Positions 39,360 through 50,945 of a stretch of DNA of 64,000 nucleotides are shown here, one piece after another (positions within the stretch are counted from its first letter, which is position 1; each line of letters starts with the position of its first letter). The DNA comes from Lama glama (Eukaryota). A program made the translations under genes and the position numbers. The stretch covers positions 48,362,001 through 48,426,000 of the forward strand of contig CM052816.1 of assembly GCA_028534125.1 (NCBI GenBank), given 5' to 3'. The notes below the pieces were generated by a model. It had not been told where the DNA came from, made no database searches, and saw nothing but the letters and a program-made list of their open reading frames with translations.

Positions 39360-42300
39360 TTCCCTAATTCTTCAGGTGTTGGGTTAGGTTGTGTATTTGA
39401 AATTTTTATTTTTTTCTTGAGGTAGGTCTGTATCACTACCTCTTTGTACTAATGATGCTGCATCCCATAGATTTTAAACAGTTGTGTTTCCATTTTCACA
39501 TGTCTCAGGTTATTTTCTGATATCCTCTGTGATTTCATTTTACCCATTGGTTCTTTAGTATCATTTTGATTAGCCTTCATATATTTGTGCTTTTCCCATT
39601 TTTCTTCCTGTAACTATTTCTAGTTTCATATTGCTGTGGTTAGAAAAAAAATGTTTAATATAATTTCTGTACTCTCAAGTTTGTTGTCTTATTTTATGGC
39701 CTAGCATGTGATCTATCCTGGAGACTATCCCATGTGCACTTGAAAAGAATATATACTCTGATCTTTTTGGATGGAATGTCCTATCGATATCTATTAAGTC
39801 TAACTGGTCTAGTGTGTCATTTAAGATAATTGTTTTCTTATTGATTTTCTGTCTGGATGATCTGTCCACTGATGTCAGTGATGTGTTGAAGTCCTCTACT
39901 ATCATTGTAGTATTTTCAATTTCTGCTTTATATCTGTTAATATTTGCTTTACATATATAGGTACTCCTTTATTATGTGCATATATGTTAACAAGTATAAT
40001 CCTTTTCATGTATTGATCCCATTATCATTACATAATCCCCTCTTTGCCTTTTATTACAAATTTTATTTTAAAGTCTTATTTCGTCTAATATGAAACTGCT
40101 ACCTCTGCTTTCTTGTCATTTCCATTTGCATGAAATATCTTTTTCCATCCTTTTATTTTCAGTCTATGTCTTTAGCTCTGATATGAGTCTCTTGGAAGCA
40201 GCATATATATGGGTCTTGTTTTTTAATTTAATCAGTCATCCTCTGTCTTTTGATTGGAGTGTTCAGTTCATTGGCATTTAAAATAATTATTGGTGGGTAT
40301 GTATTTATTGCTCTTTTTTCCTTATTTTCCAGTGATTTTAGTAGTCCTTCTCTGTTCATTTCTTCTTCCTCTTGTTTCTCCCTTTGTAGTTTGATAATTT
40401 TCTTTAGTAGTCTGCTGTGTTACTTTCTCTCTAGTTTTTGTGCATCTAGTGTAGGTTTTTGATTTGTGGTTAGCAGAGGTTTCACATATTTGACCTGTAA
40501 GTATATCTAATTGTTTTAAACACATTTTCCTATGAGTTCAAATACATTGTAAAAGATCTACGTATTTCATTCCCTTCCCCACATTTTGTGCTTTTGATGT
40601 CATATTTTACATATTCATGTTTAACCCTTTACTGATTATTATAGTTATAGTTGATTTTATGATTTTTTTTGTCTTTTAATTTTCATGCTAGCTTATTTAA
40701 GTTATTGATCCTCAGCATTTGCTAGTAGGATTTTTCCTTTCCTACAGATTCTTATGTCTTGTTGTAGCCTTTTGTTTATCACTTAGAGTAGACCCTGTAA
40801 CATTACTTGTAGGGTAGGGTTAATATTGATGAACTCTTTTAATTTTTGCTGATCTGAGAAGTTCTCTCTCCTTCAGTTCTAAATGATATCTTTCTGGGTA
40901 GAGTATCCTAGGTTTCAGGTTTTTCACTTTCAGCATTTTAATTATATTGTGCCACTCTTCTCTGACCTGCACAGTTTTTGCAGAAAAATCAGGTGATGAC
41001 CTTATGGGGATTCCCTTGTATATGGCTCTTTATCTCCTCCTACCTTTAGAATTCTCTTTATCTTTAATTTTGCTGTTGTAATTATGGTATATCTTGGTGT
41101 GTGTATGTTTGGGTTCATCTTGTTTGGGATCTTCCATGTTTCCTTCCCTGGATATCTGTTTCCTTCTTTAAGTTTGAGAAGTTTTCAGTTAAAATGTGCT
41201 GTAATGATTTTGTCATTTGGTAATTTCCTTTATTCTGTCTTCCAGATCACTTATGTGTTCTTCAATATTACCTCGTCTACTGTTAATTCCTTCTAGTTTG
41301 TTTTTCATTTCAGTTGTTGTGTTCTGCTGTTCTGACAGATTCTTTTTTATGCTATAGTTCTTGTCAAACTTCTCACTGAACTTATCTATTCTTTTCCCTA
41401 ATTCAGTTAGCATTTATTACTAATGCTTTGAACTCTTTATCTGGTAAATATTTTGTTTCTGTTTCTTCAGTTTTTTTTTTTCCCCAGGGGTTTTCTCTTT
41501 CTCCTTCAATTGACACAATTTCCTCTGTCTTCTCATTTTGTTTAACTTTCTTTATTCCTATGAAATGAGGTGGAACAGTGGTCTTTTGCCATCTTGAGGG
41601 GGTGTCCTTGTGTGGGAAGCGTCCTTATACACTCTTTGTGTTCCAAGTGACTTTAGTGGGAGAGCTGGATCTGATATGAACGCAGATCACATCTTTCCCA
41701 AGTGTGTCCTGGCACTTATCACCTTGGTAGGAGGTAGGACTAGAGATGGAGGGACTTATAAGGTCAGAGCCAGATGTTCCAGGATCTAGGACTTCTTCCT
41801 ACTCAGTAGCTATCACCTACTGGAGGCAGGATCCAAGTTGCTGGAACAGAAGCCCTGAGGGTTGGGGCCAAGATGACTTTGTTTCCTTTAAGTGTATGCT
41901 CCCCTGCCTTCCAGCACTGATATTTTCCCCCAAAAGAGGAGTAGAGCTGGGCCAAGAGGAGCTGGCATGGATCAGGGCGTGGGTTTTTGTGATAAGTCCA
42001 GGGTCGGAAGCCCAGACTGCTTCTGATGTGTTGTCTATCTCAGCACCAGTAATGGCTGCCTCTGCCCCGTCAGATGCTGCTTCAGAGCTGACCCTCCTTT
42101 GCCTTTCACAGTTGAGCTCTCACTTTAGCCTCTGTTGCTTTCCCCTGATGTGGAGCTGCATACAAGGGCAGGCATGGCCAAGTCAGATGCTTGGCATGGG
42201 TCAGGGCACAGGTTGTGGCAGTCCAGCTGCAGACAGCAATCAAGACTACTGCCTGTGTAAGTGCCAGTAATATCTACCCCTATCTTGCTCAGTCACAGGA

Positions 42301-43371
42301 AATCAGCCAGCCACCCATGCAGTCACAATCTACCCTCTCTGCACTGTTTTAGGAGCAAGCAAGGATGCGTGTATTCCACATGAGGAGTTTAAGCTTCCTA
42401 CAGCCCTCCTGTTAGTCCTACCAGACCTTTAACCAGTCAAGGAGACTCATCTTCCTGATGTCAGACCTCAGGGCTATGGCATATAATATGTGTCTCAAAA
42501 TGCCCACTCCCCAGGAAGGATCTCCATTCGATCCTGTAATCTCCCTTCTCCTCTGATTCCCCTCGCAGAGGCACATGTTCTGACCTAATCTCTTTCTTCT
42601 CTTCCTACCTATTTCCATGTGGATCCTTCTTTACAGCCTTGGTTGCACAAGTATCTCTCTACCAGTCTCTAATAAGTTTTCAGGGATAATTGTTCCCCAT
42701 ACAGATTTATTTTTGATGTGTTTGTCTCTTCTTTTTTTGTTGTTGTTGTTTTTTGATGTTTTCTTTAAAAAAAGTTGTGGTTGCATAAATAGCATAGTAT
42801 TTTCTCATTGTATTGGTGGGATTGCTGGCTTTTCGGAATCATCTTCATCTTAAGTAGAACTGAGCATTATTTTTAATGCACATATGTATGTATATATGGG
42901 TAGTTTGAGATAAAGATGAAAAAGAAAGAGTTGGAAACCACATGATGGATAACTTTAAAATCTTCCTAAGGTCTCTATTTTTTTAGATTTTATTTAATAG
43001 ACAATAGAAATAATCCAAACATTTTTAGTTAACTCTAAAAGAAATACACATTAAGATAAGACCAGATGTAAAAATAGTTAAATGAAAAGGTAATGAAGAT
43101 GAGAAAGGCAACATTTAAAAAAATAATTTGCCTTATTTACTTCTTTACAATTCTAGACTTGATTTTATCTATGTCCAATATTAATATGTTTGTGTTCATT
43201 AACTTTTTGCCTTATAGTTTACATATAATTATATATGTTATTTTACTTATAACTACATTGAGGCTTCTCAGAGTCTAGGAAAGAACAAAAATTATTTATA
43301 ATACCTATATTTTTCTATTTCACAAACCATCTGTTATGCATAAAGTTAATACTTTCTGAATAAATTCCCAG

Positions 43372-43660
43372 TTGTTAAAAACTGGAGATAAATTAGTTTA
43401 TGTTTCTTGCTACTTTTTCTGGGTCAATATTTTTAGTAATTTATCAATATACAGGGAAAGTCTACAAGTACTTGAAAATCTGTCAATATACAAGGAAAGT
43501 CTACAAGTAATTGAAGATCAGTTTTTTTTTTCAGCTTCCCCAACCACAACTATTATCTTTTCTTCCATTTCAGAAACCTGCATGTTCTTGCTTTACATGC
43601 CTGGTAAATTTATACAATTGAAAAAGTATGTTCTTCAGAAAGGAATTAGTATCAGCCATT
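43372..43660 (+). pseudogene. RGS-like exon remnant(s) D: LLKTGDKLVYVSCYFFWVNIFSNLSIYRESLQ.. and ..NLHVLALHAW*IYT
   Basis: Acceptors at 43371 (tcccag) and 43573 (ccatttcag); donor candidate gtaatt at 43507. The FFW.NI motif follows L.K.GD, as in recalled RGS22-type domains. Confidence 0.45.
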
Positions 43661-44419
43661 GTCACCATTCTAAATATTTAATTTCACGTGTGATTTTAGG
43701 AATGTTTATATTTTGTACCTATCTAAAATAAGAATTCAAAGGTTTTGCTTTCCTTTAGAAGAAACTCATCAGAAAATATACTTTAGCATTCAGAACTAGC
43801 CATACATGTACTAGTGTGTAGATCAAGCCATTGCTCTCACCCAACATTTTCTATGACATTGATATGAGGTTAAAATGAATTCCAAGGAAAGTCTATGTGA
43901 ATATTTGTGTAAGTACTGTATTTCACTCATGACAAAAATCAGGAATAACATTTTTTTTTCTTAAATTATGTGGGAACTACATATTTTGCAGGAGCCATGA
44001 ATATCACATTCCCAGCACTGATGTTCAAGAAATACATAATTTTGTTTTCACAAGGCTAGTCAGAAATTTAATTTCAGCTATTCATATTCCCTCAATTTTC
44101 CCTATAATCACTTAAGGTGAAGTGAAGGTTGCAGAGTTCTCAAAAAAAAGCGCACTTCTAGGGCAAGCTCTATGGTATACAAGCTACACTAAATTAGTGT
44201 TCATTGGTTCATTGTCTAAGCCCATGCGATCTCTTAAAGACAGTATCTCTGTTCCTTGCAAATCAAGATGGAATACAGGCATTTTTGATGAAATTTTTAA
44301 CACCAATCTTCAGGGTTTCACTTGCCTGGGTACAGCAGGCAGCTGTGTTGCTCTAAATCTCCTTCGCTACTTGCAAACATTTAAGTTTTGTTTTATCATC
44401 TTCTTAGCTGAGCATTTTT

Positions 44420-45810
44420 ATTAGCAAAGTCTTAAATTTATGATGAATCACAGTTTTGAATTTCCTTTTTCTTTTGTATTTAGTACTTTTCTGTCTTGTC
44501 CAAAATATCTTGGCATATCAACAGTGGCAAGGATAGTCTTGTACCTTTCTCTGGAAGCTTCAGAAATATAGATTTTACATTTAGGTTTGTTATTCTCTAC
44601 AAATTAATTTTTACATATTTAGTGAGGTCATCAGCCATTTTTCTTATGGATACTCAGATTTGATTTTTTGCTGTTGGATTTAATTCAGTCTTTTTTAAAA
44701 AAAATTGACTCTATGTGGGTGTTTCTAATTTCTGAATCCTCTATTCTGTTCCTTTATCTATTTGCTTGTCATTAACTCCATTATGCTGTGTTAATAATTT
44801 TTATTTTAATAACAAGTCTTGCAATCAGGTAGTATAAGTCCTCTAATATTTTACTTTTTTAAAATTTTTTTAAAAAATTCTGGATTCTTTACATTTTCTT
44901 ATAAATTTTACAGTAAGTTTTATAGTTTAAAGGAAATTCTTGATTTGATTTGAATCCATATTACTTTGAATATATTTAGGAATAGTTGACATATTAATAT
45001 TACTCTTCCAATTTATATCATTCCATTCTTTCATTTCTCTCAGCTAGTTTTTTGTAATTTAAATTATAGTGGTACAAATTTTTTTTATTATTAGGTATGT
45101 TATGGCTTCTGATGCTACTGTAAACTGTATTTTTATTTTTAAACTTTATTTTCATTTATGTCCCATATATGAAAATACAGCTGATTTTTGTATATGGTCC
45201 TTGTGCCATGTGGCCTTGATGAATTTTCTTACTTTTTCCTTGAGATACTTTCAGTCTGACATATTGTATGCAAATTGTAGAAGTTTTAATTCTTTTTTAT
45301 GCCTTTATTTAGTTTTCATTATCTTATTATATTATGTCATTATATATTATTTTTATTATTTAATGATTAATCTTTGCCAATATTGTCAAATGCTTTTACT
45401 GCTCTTTTGGTGTCTTTGTATATATTTTCACCTTAAATATGGTAATATAATGAATTATAATGATATATTTTTGAATGGTAAACCAACATTCTTTGGATAA
45501 ACTCTTTCATATGGAGTATTTAATAAAATTTATTGCTAGATTCAGCTTTATTAATATTTTGTAAAGGAGTTACACATGCAAATCTATACTTTTCTTTGCT
45601 CATGATGCTTTCTTCAGGTGTTGGGATAGGTTTATGCTGATTTCTTAAAACATTTGATAGAAGTGCATTTCTCCTCCACATTTTGAATAAAATTTTATGT
45701 AAAATTCCTGTTATTTCTTTCTTAAGTTTTGATACAATTCACCAGTGAAACCAAATGACATTGGACTTTTATTTTTGAAAGAATTTTATTTATAAATTCT
45801 TATCTTTTCT
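44420..45810 (-). mobile_element. Old L1ME ORF2 fragment
   Basis: aagtcttgcaatcaggtagtataagtcctctaa; atacagctgatttttgtatatgg; attcaccagtgaaacca. Confidence 0.7.
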
Positions 45811-45994
45811 GTCTGTACAGTTTACTTCCCATTGTGCCCAACTAGAGAACAACTTCTAGCTTCACTATCCTCAGCAATTCCTTCCTGGGTTACCACCCAT
45901 GACATTAACATAAGTACCAATTTTTTTTCAGTTTATTATACAGAAGGAGTCAATATTACTCAATATATGCTATCAAACTCTGTTGCAGAGATAT

Positions 45995-46019
45995 TGTGTG
46001 TGTGTGTGTGTGTGTGTGT
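45995..46019. repeat. (TG)n microsatellite
   Basis: Directly visible. Confidence 0.95.
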
Positions 46020-47442
46020 CTAGTTCTCATAGCCTATACAGTTACTTATCCATGGAATATAATGAACCATCTGCAGAGAAGAATTATTGTTTTAAAGAAC
46101 ATTTTGTATTTATAGTATAAACTAAAACTTCGAACAAGATAACCAGTAAGCAAGACTATAGGACTAAATTTGAATATTAAAAATAAAAGGCAATTACTAC
46201 CTCTTAATATGTTTCACAGTGTTTTCTACATTTTAATGAATTAATAATTTACAGTATTATCTATACTTGCCAATGAATGGAGTCTGCTTTTAAAATGAGT
46301 TAGCTACTAATTATTACTTTAAAATATCATTCATAAACTATTATTTATTAGTAGTATTTTTGTACTCTGTAGAAATAGACTAAATTTTTATTTTTGATTA
46401 TGTTAATGTAAAATGAAAATAATTGACCCAAAGAGCTTCTACTGAACTTGGAACATTTAACAATATCTCCCATGTTTAGCATTTTAACCTTCTCAGATTA
46501 TTTTAATCATACAACTGTCTTTGGTACTTCCTGGTTATAAATGATCTCCCTCTCTCGCAGCCATCTCTCAGGTAATCTACATTCATGAATTCTATGACTG
46601 ATCACTCTGTCTTCATCATTCAAACTGATGCAATGTTGACAAGGTAGATATTAAAGAGTACAGATTCTCTTCATTTGTTTTAATCCAATATCTTAGATAT
46701 CCTACTTCTGGTAGTTTCTACTGGATGTGCACAAACTGAGGAAAAGAATAAAGTCAGTCAGCAAAAATTTATTATTCAAATCCAAGTCATTTTATATCTC
46801 TTTAAAAACTGTGATTCTATAATTATTGACTATATAGCCCAAATTGGGGAGAGCTTCAGGCTATATAATTGAGTGCACCATTTTCAAGATTATCTCTTTT
46901 CCATGAAAACAGTAGCTGTTCTGTAATCTATTGTTCTGTGATCAAACCACAGTAATATTGCATAAAGAAATCAATTGTTTTATTTTGTAGTAATATTTTA
47001 TAGTTCAGAAATATTTCAGTGTTCTAAAAAATATTGTGTAATGTTTTCAAAGTATGGATGGATGAATTTGTTAAGCAACATTTTAGAATTCTAGAATCTT
47101 TTTATTATTTAGAAATAATAGTATTAATATCTTAAATGAAGAATAGAATACTATTCTCAATAAGAATATAAAATAAAGATTAAGAATTTAAAAACTTTAT
47201 AAACTTTCTTAAGTCAAATAGACCAAGTGTACCTCCAGGTTTTTTAAAATGTGTTCTCCCAAGAGAATGAAAAGGCAGGCCACAGTCTGGGAGAAAATAT
47301 TTTCATTTAATTGATTTCCTATTAACATTTGTGAAGAACATGTCTTTACATGTAAAGCATATATGTTTATTATTTTATGTCATTTTCCCCAAAGCAGAAA
47401 ATATATTGAAGGTCTTAATATACTGTTTTCACCTTCTGCCAG

Positions 47443-47573
47443 AACAGTTTGTCCTGCTTAGAATTATATCATTGATATCCTTGATGAAGATCCAATATAC
47501 ATAGAAAATAATGATTATAAATATTTTCTCCTAGGCTTCAAATAGACCCCACCAATCAGAATTAACATTCCAG
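47443..47573 (+). pseudogene. RGS-like exon E1 with GC donor: NSLSCLELY/IDILDEDP..KYFLLGFK*TPPIRINIP
   Basis: caccttctgccag acceptor and CAG|gcaagt donor. PPIRINIP resembles the RGS22/RGSL1 PP.L.I/V.I/VP motif (recalled). Confidence 0.5.
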
Positions 47574-48530
47574 GCAAGTTATTTAGTAAAGTCTTTAAAT
47601 GTAATCTGTAGTAAAAAAAAATTAATGAGGACAACATGATAATAAAGATAAACATAGTAATAATAATGAAATCTCTGTTTAATAAAGGCTGGAAACAAAC
47701 ATAAATTATGCTGGAAACATACCAAAAAGAGAGGTATGCTATTTATCAGGGAGGGGAAAATGATAACCAAAAATGAGAATTCAAAAAATAAAAGAACAAA
47801 TAGAGTGGTAATATCCTACAAAGAAAAAAAAAAAGAAAATATATTAGGCTCTTAGACTACTTTAAATTAAAATGCTACTACAACTAATCACCATTAATGT
47901 CTTCCCATTCAATAATTCATTTATAAATTGAGTAGGATGATAGTTTTCATTCCAAAATGATAGGACCTCACAGGCATGTTTTGTTCATTTTTTTAATTAC
48001 TCAGGAATAATTTTAGTTATTTTTAAAGTATACTAGATGTCCTATTTTTTAATATTTTTAAATTGGATATTTAAAAAAATTAAATTTAAAATATTAAACT
48101 ATAAATATTTATATATATATTTGCAGAGAATGTACATATATATGCATACACAATTGTATATGTATATGTATATGTATACACAAATATATTTAGCTCCTAA
48201 TGTAATCGGTGGAATCTTCTCTTTGAAGAACTTATTTTTAGAATTTCCATTATGAAGTGAAAAATATAATGCATAATATTGGTATGTCTCAAGCACAAAT
48301 GTATTTCTTTTCCCTAAAAGTAGATACACTATTTGCATAGTAGTATTTTTAATAATGAGAAATTGCTTTACTTTGAACTTGAACACATTTTTAATTACAT
48401 AACAATTATTGGAAATTTTTGTTTTGTAAAGCATAGATAATACATTTATTAATCTGCTTTCATATCTAAGCCAGTATTCTGTTTGTATTTATATTTAATG
48501 TTCTGAAATATATACTTACATGTAATCTGA

Positions 48531-48614
48531 AAAATAGCAACTGTCATTGATATTTTCATGGTATTATTATCTTTTTCAAAGTGGAAAGAATTGCAAAACA
48601 TGTCATCAAGAGAT
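48531..48614 (+). pseudogene. Candidate exon remnant E2: KIATVIDIFMVLLSFSKWKELQNMSSRD
   Basis: IF.VL..F..W resembles the RGS22-type final helix; donor gat|gtaaaa. No intact acceptor seen. Confidence 0.3.
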
Positions 48615-49558
48615 GTAAAATTAAATATGTATTCTCTTTTTTCTTTATTATATTTCTTTTTAGCAAAAATATATTTTTATACCAGCTCATCATTTAAGTC
48701 ACATGATGGCTCATATATCTGCTAAAGAATAATAAATTATTGTGATGTTGGAGGTGGATGGATAATGAACTTTCATGCTTTAAGACTTCTTGAAGTTATT
48801 ACTAAGAACTAATGTGGGAATGGCTGAAGTCTAACCAGGGTATCTATTTCTATTTGTCATTTCTAGGAATCCAAATGATTTTTAACACCTTCAGAAGACA
48901 ATTTTACTATTACATGCTTGGAAATTCTATTCAGACCTTATAAACTAAGTACCCCCCCCATAATTAAATTTATATATATTCATGGTAAATCACAGAGATG
49001 TGTAAATTAGAAAATAATAAATGATAACCCATAACATCACCACCAAATTTAACCACAACTAATGACATACTTTGGTGTTATTACTTGCAATAATCTGTAG
49101 AACCTCTGTTTCTTTAATTACTACATACTCATTCCATATGAAAATCCTGTTGCCTCAACTATTTAGAATTTGACCTTTTGTCTCTACCTACACTGCTGTT
49201 ATCTTCTTCCATGACATTTTAAACTCTTAATAGGCTCTATTCTCAATAGCCATCCAATATGACACTTCTAAAATGGAAACTAAATCATGTCACTCTGTGC
49301 AAAACCCTTTAGTATCACCCTGTATTTCTCAGAGTATGTGCGAAATTTTTATATTGTTTGGAGAAAAAAAAATATGTTTCTGAAAATGTCTGAACTAATT
49401 ACTGTATAGAGTGATAAGAAATTTTCATATGGGTGATCACTGAGTGCTAAATGGTAGAATCCTTCGTTCATTCAGCAAATATTTTGTATGTTGTATGCCG
49501 GGTGCTTTGTAAGGTGAAAAGTGTAACTAATTTAATGTAAAATTTAATTAGACCCTGC

Positions 49559-50945
49559 TTTTTTTTTATTGAAATATACTTGGTCTACAATGTTCTATCA
49601 ATTTCTGATGTACAGCATAATGTTTCAGTCAGACATTTACATATGTATATTTCTTTTCATATTCTTTTTCATTATAGGTTACAAGATATTGGATAAAGTT
49701 CCTTGTGTTATACAATATAAACTTGTTGTTTTTTAATCTATTTTATATATAGTAGTTAGTATCCACAAATCTTAAACTCTTAATTTATTCCTTACCACCC
49801 CTTTCCCCAATGGTAGTTATAAGTTTGTTTTCTATTTCTGTGAGTTTGTTTCTGTTTCTAAATAAGTTTGTGTCTCTTTTTAGATTCCATATATAAGTGG
49901 TATCATATAGTATTTTTCTTTCTCTTTCTGGCTTACTTCACTTAGGATGAAAATTTCCAGGTCAAAAGCTATCCCATAGTCTTGGTTTGAAAGTATTAAT
50001 ATTGTTAAAATGGCCATAATGCCCAAAGCAATCTATAGATTTAATGTGATCCCTATCAAATTTCCCAAGACACTTTTCACAGAACTAGAATAAATAATCC
50101 TAAAATTTATATGGAATCACAAAAGACCCAGAATTGCCAAAGCAATACTGAAGAAAAAGAACGAAGCTGGATGAATAACCCTCTGAGACTTCAGACAGTA
50201 CTTCTGAGTGACAGTAATCAAGACAGTATGATATTGGCACAAAAACGGAGAGATGGATCAGTGGAACAGAATAGAGAGCCCAGAAATAAACCCACATACC
50301 TACAGTCAATTAATCTTTGACAAATGAGGCAGGAATATACAGTGAAGAAAGGATAGTCTGTTCAGCAAGTGGTGTTAGGAAAGCTGGACAGTTTATGTAA
50401 ATCAATGAAGTTAAAACACTCCCTCACATCATACACAAAAATAAACTCAAAATGAATTAAATACTTACACATAAGACGGTATAAACCTCTTAGAAGAAAA
50501 CATAGTTAAAACATTCTCAGACATAAATCTTAGCATGTTCTCCTAGGGCAGTAGAAATAAAAGCAAAAATAAACAAATGAGAACTAATTAAACTTCTGCA
50601 CATCAGAGGAAACTATAGACAAAACAAAAAGACAACCTATGGAATGGGAGAAAATATTTGCTAATGATGTGACTGACAAGGGCTTAATTTCCACAATACA
50701 CAAACAGCTCATACAACTTAATAACAACAACAAAAAAAGCAAACCACCCAATTCAAAAATGGGCAAAAGACCTACACAAGCAATTCTCCAATGAAGACAA
50801 CAGATGGCCAATAGGCACAAGAAAAAAATGTCGATATTGCTAATTATCAGAGAAACGCAAATCAAAACTGCATTGAGGTATCACTTCACAGCAGTCAAAA
50901 TGGCCATCGTTAAAATGTCCACAAACAACCTAAATGTCCATCGAT
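49559..50945 (-). mobile_element. 5'-inverted (twin-primed) truncated L1
   Basis: Poly-T plus 3'UTR in minus orientation (49559-49963) joined to an ORF2 piece in plus orientation (49964-50945). Flanked by c(c/t)ctgctttt on both sides. Confidence 0.85.

Larger units (their letters stand above)
36545..42727 (-). mobile_element. Near full-length LINE-1 (5'UTR, ORF1, ORF2), disabled
   Basis: Minus-strand ORF remnants: MLTELGKRID..KNKLEGINSR (ORF1); IVEDFNTSL..SRIDHMLGHK (endonuclease); KYLGINLTK and KAGGIMLPDFKLYYKA (ORF2). GC-richer 5'UTR at ~41600-42700. Confidence 0.95.
48..48614 (+). pseudogene. Putative unprocessed (intron-containing) pseudogene of a multi-RGS-domain gene, RGS22/RGSL1-like; 5' part probably lies upstream of the window
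   Basis: About 14 same-strand exon candidates, most with polypyrimidine-AG and GT/GC boundaries. They translate into RGS hallmarks in the expected order within each domain (F..FL....G....FW..IE; EL/VNLD; E..S/C..RF/Y...D.Y; NLLFW.E; PP.RI.IP). Several stops and frameshifts. Confidence 0.65.

Noticed and set aside
41746..42270. 174-aa ORF, the longest in the track
   Set aside because: It lies antisense within the GC-rich L1 5'UTR and has no recognisable domain.
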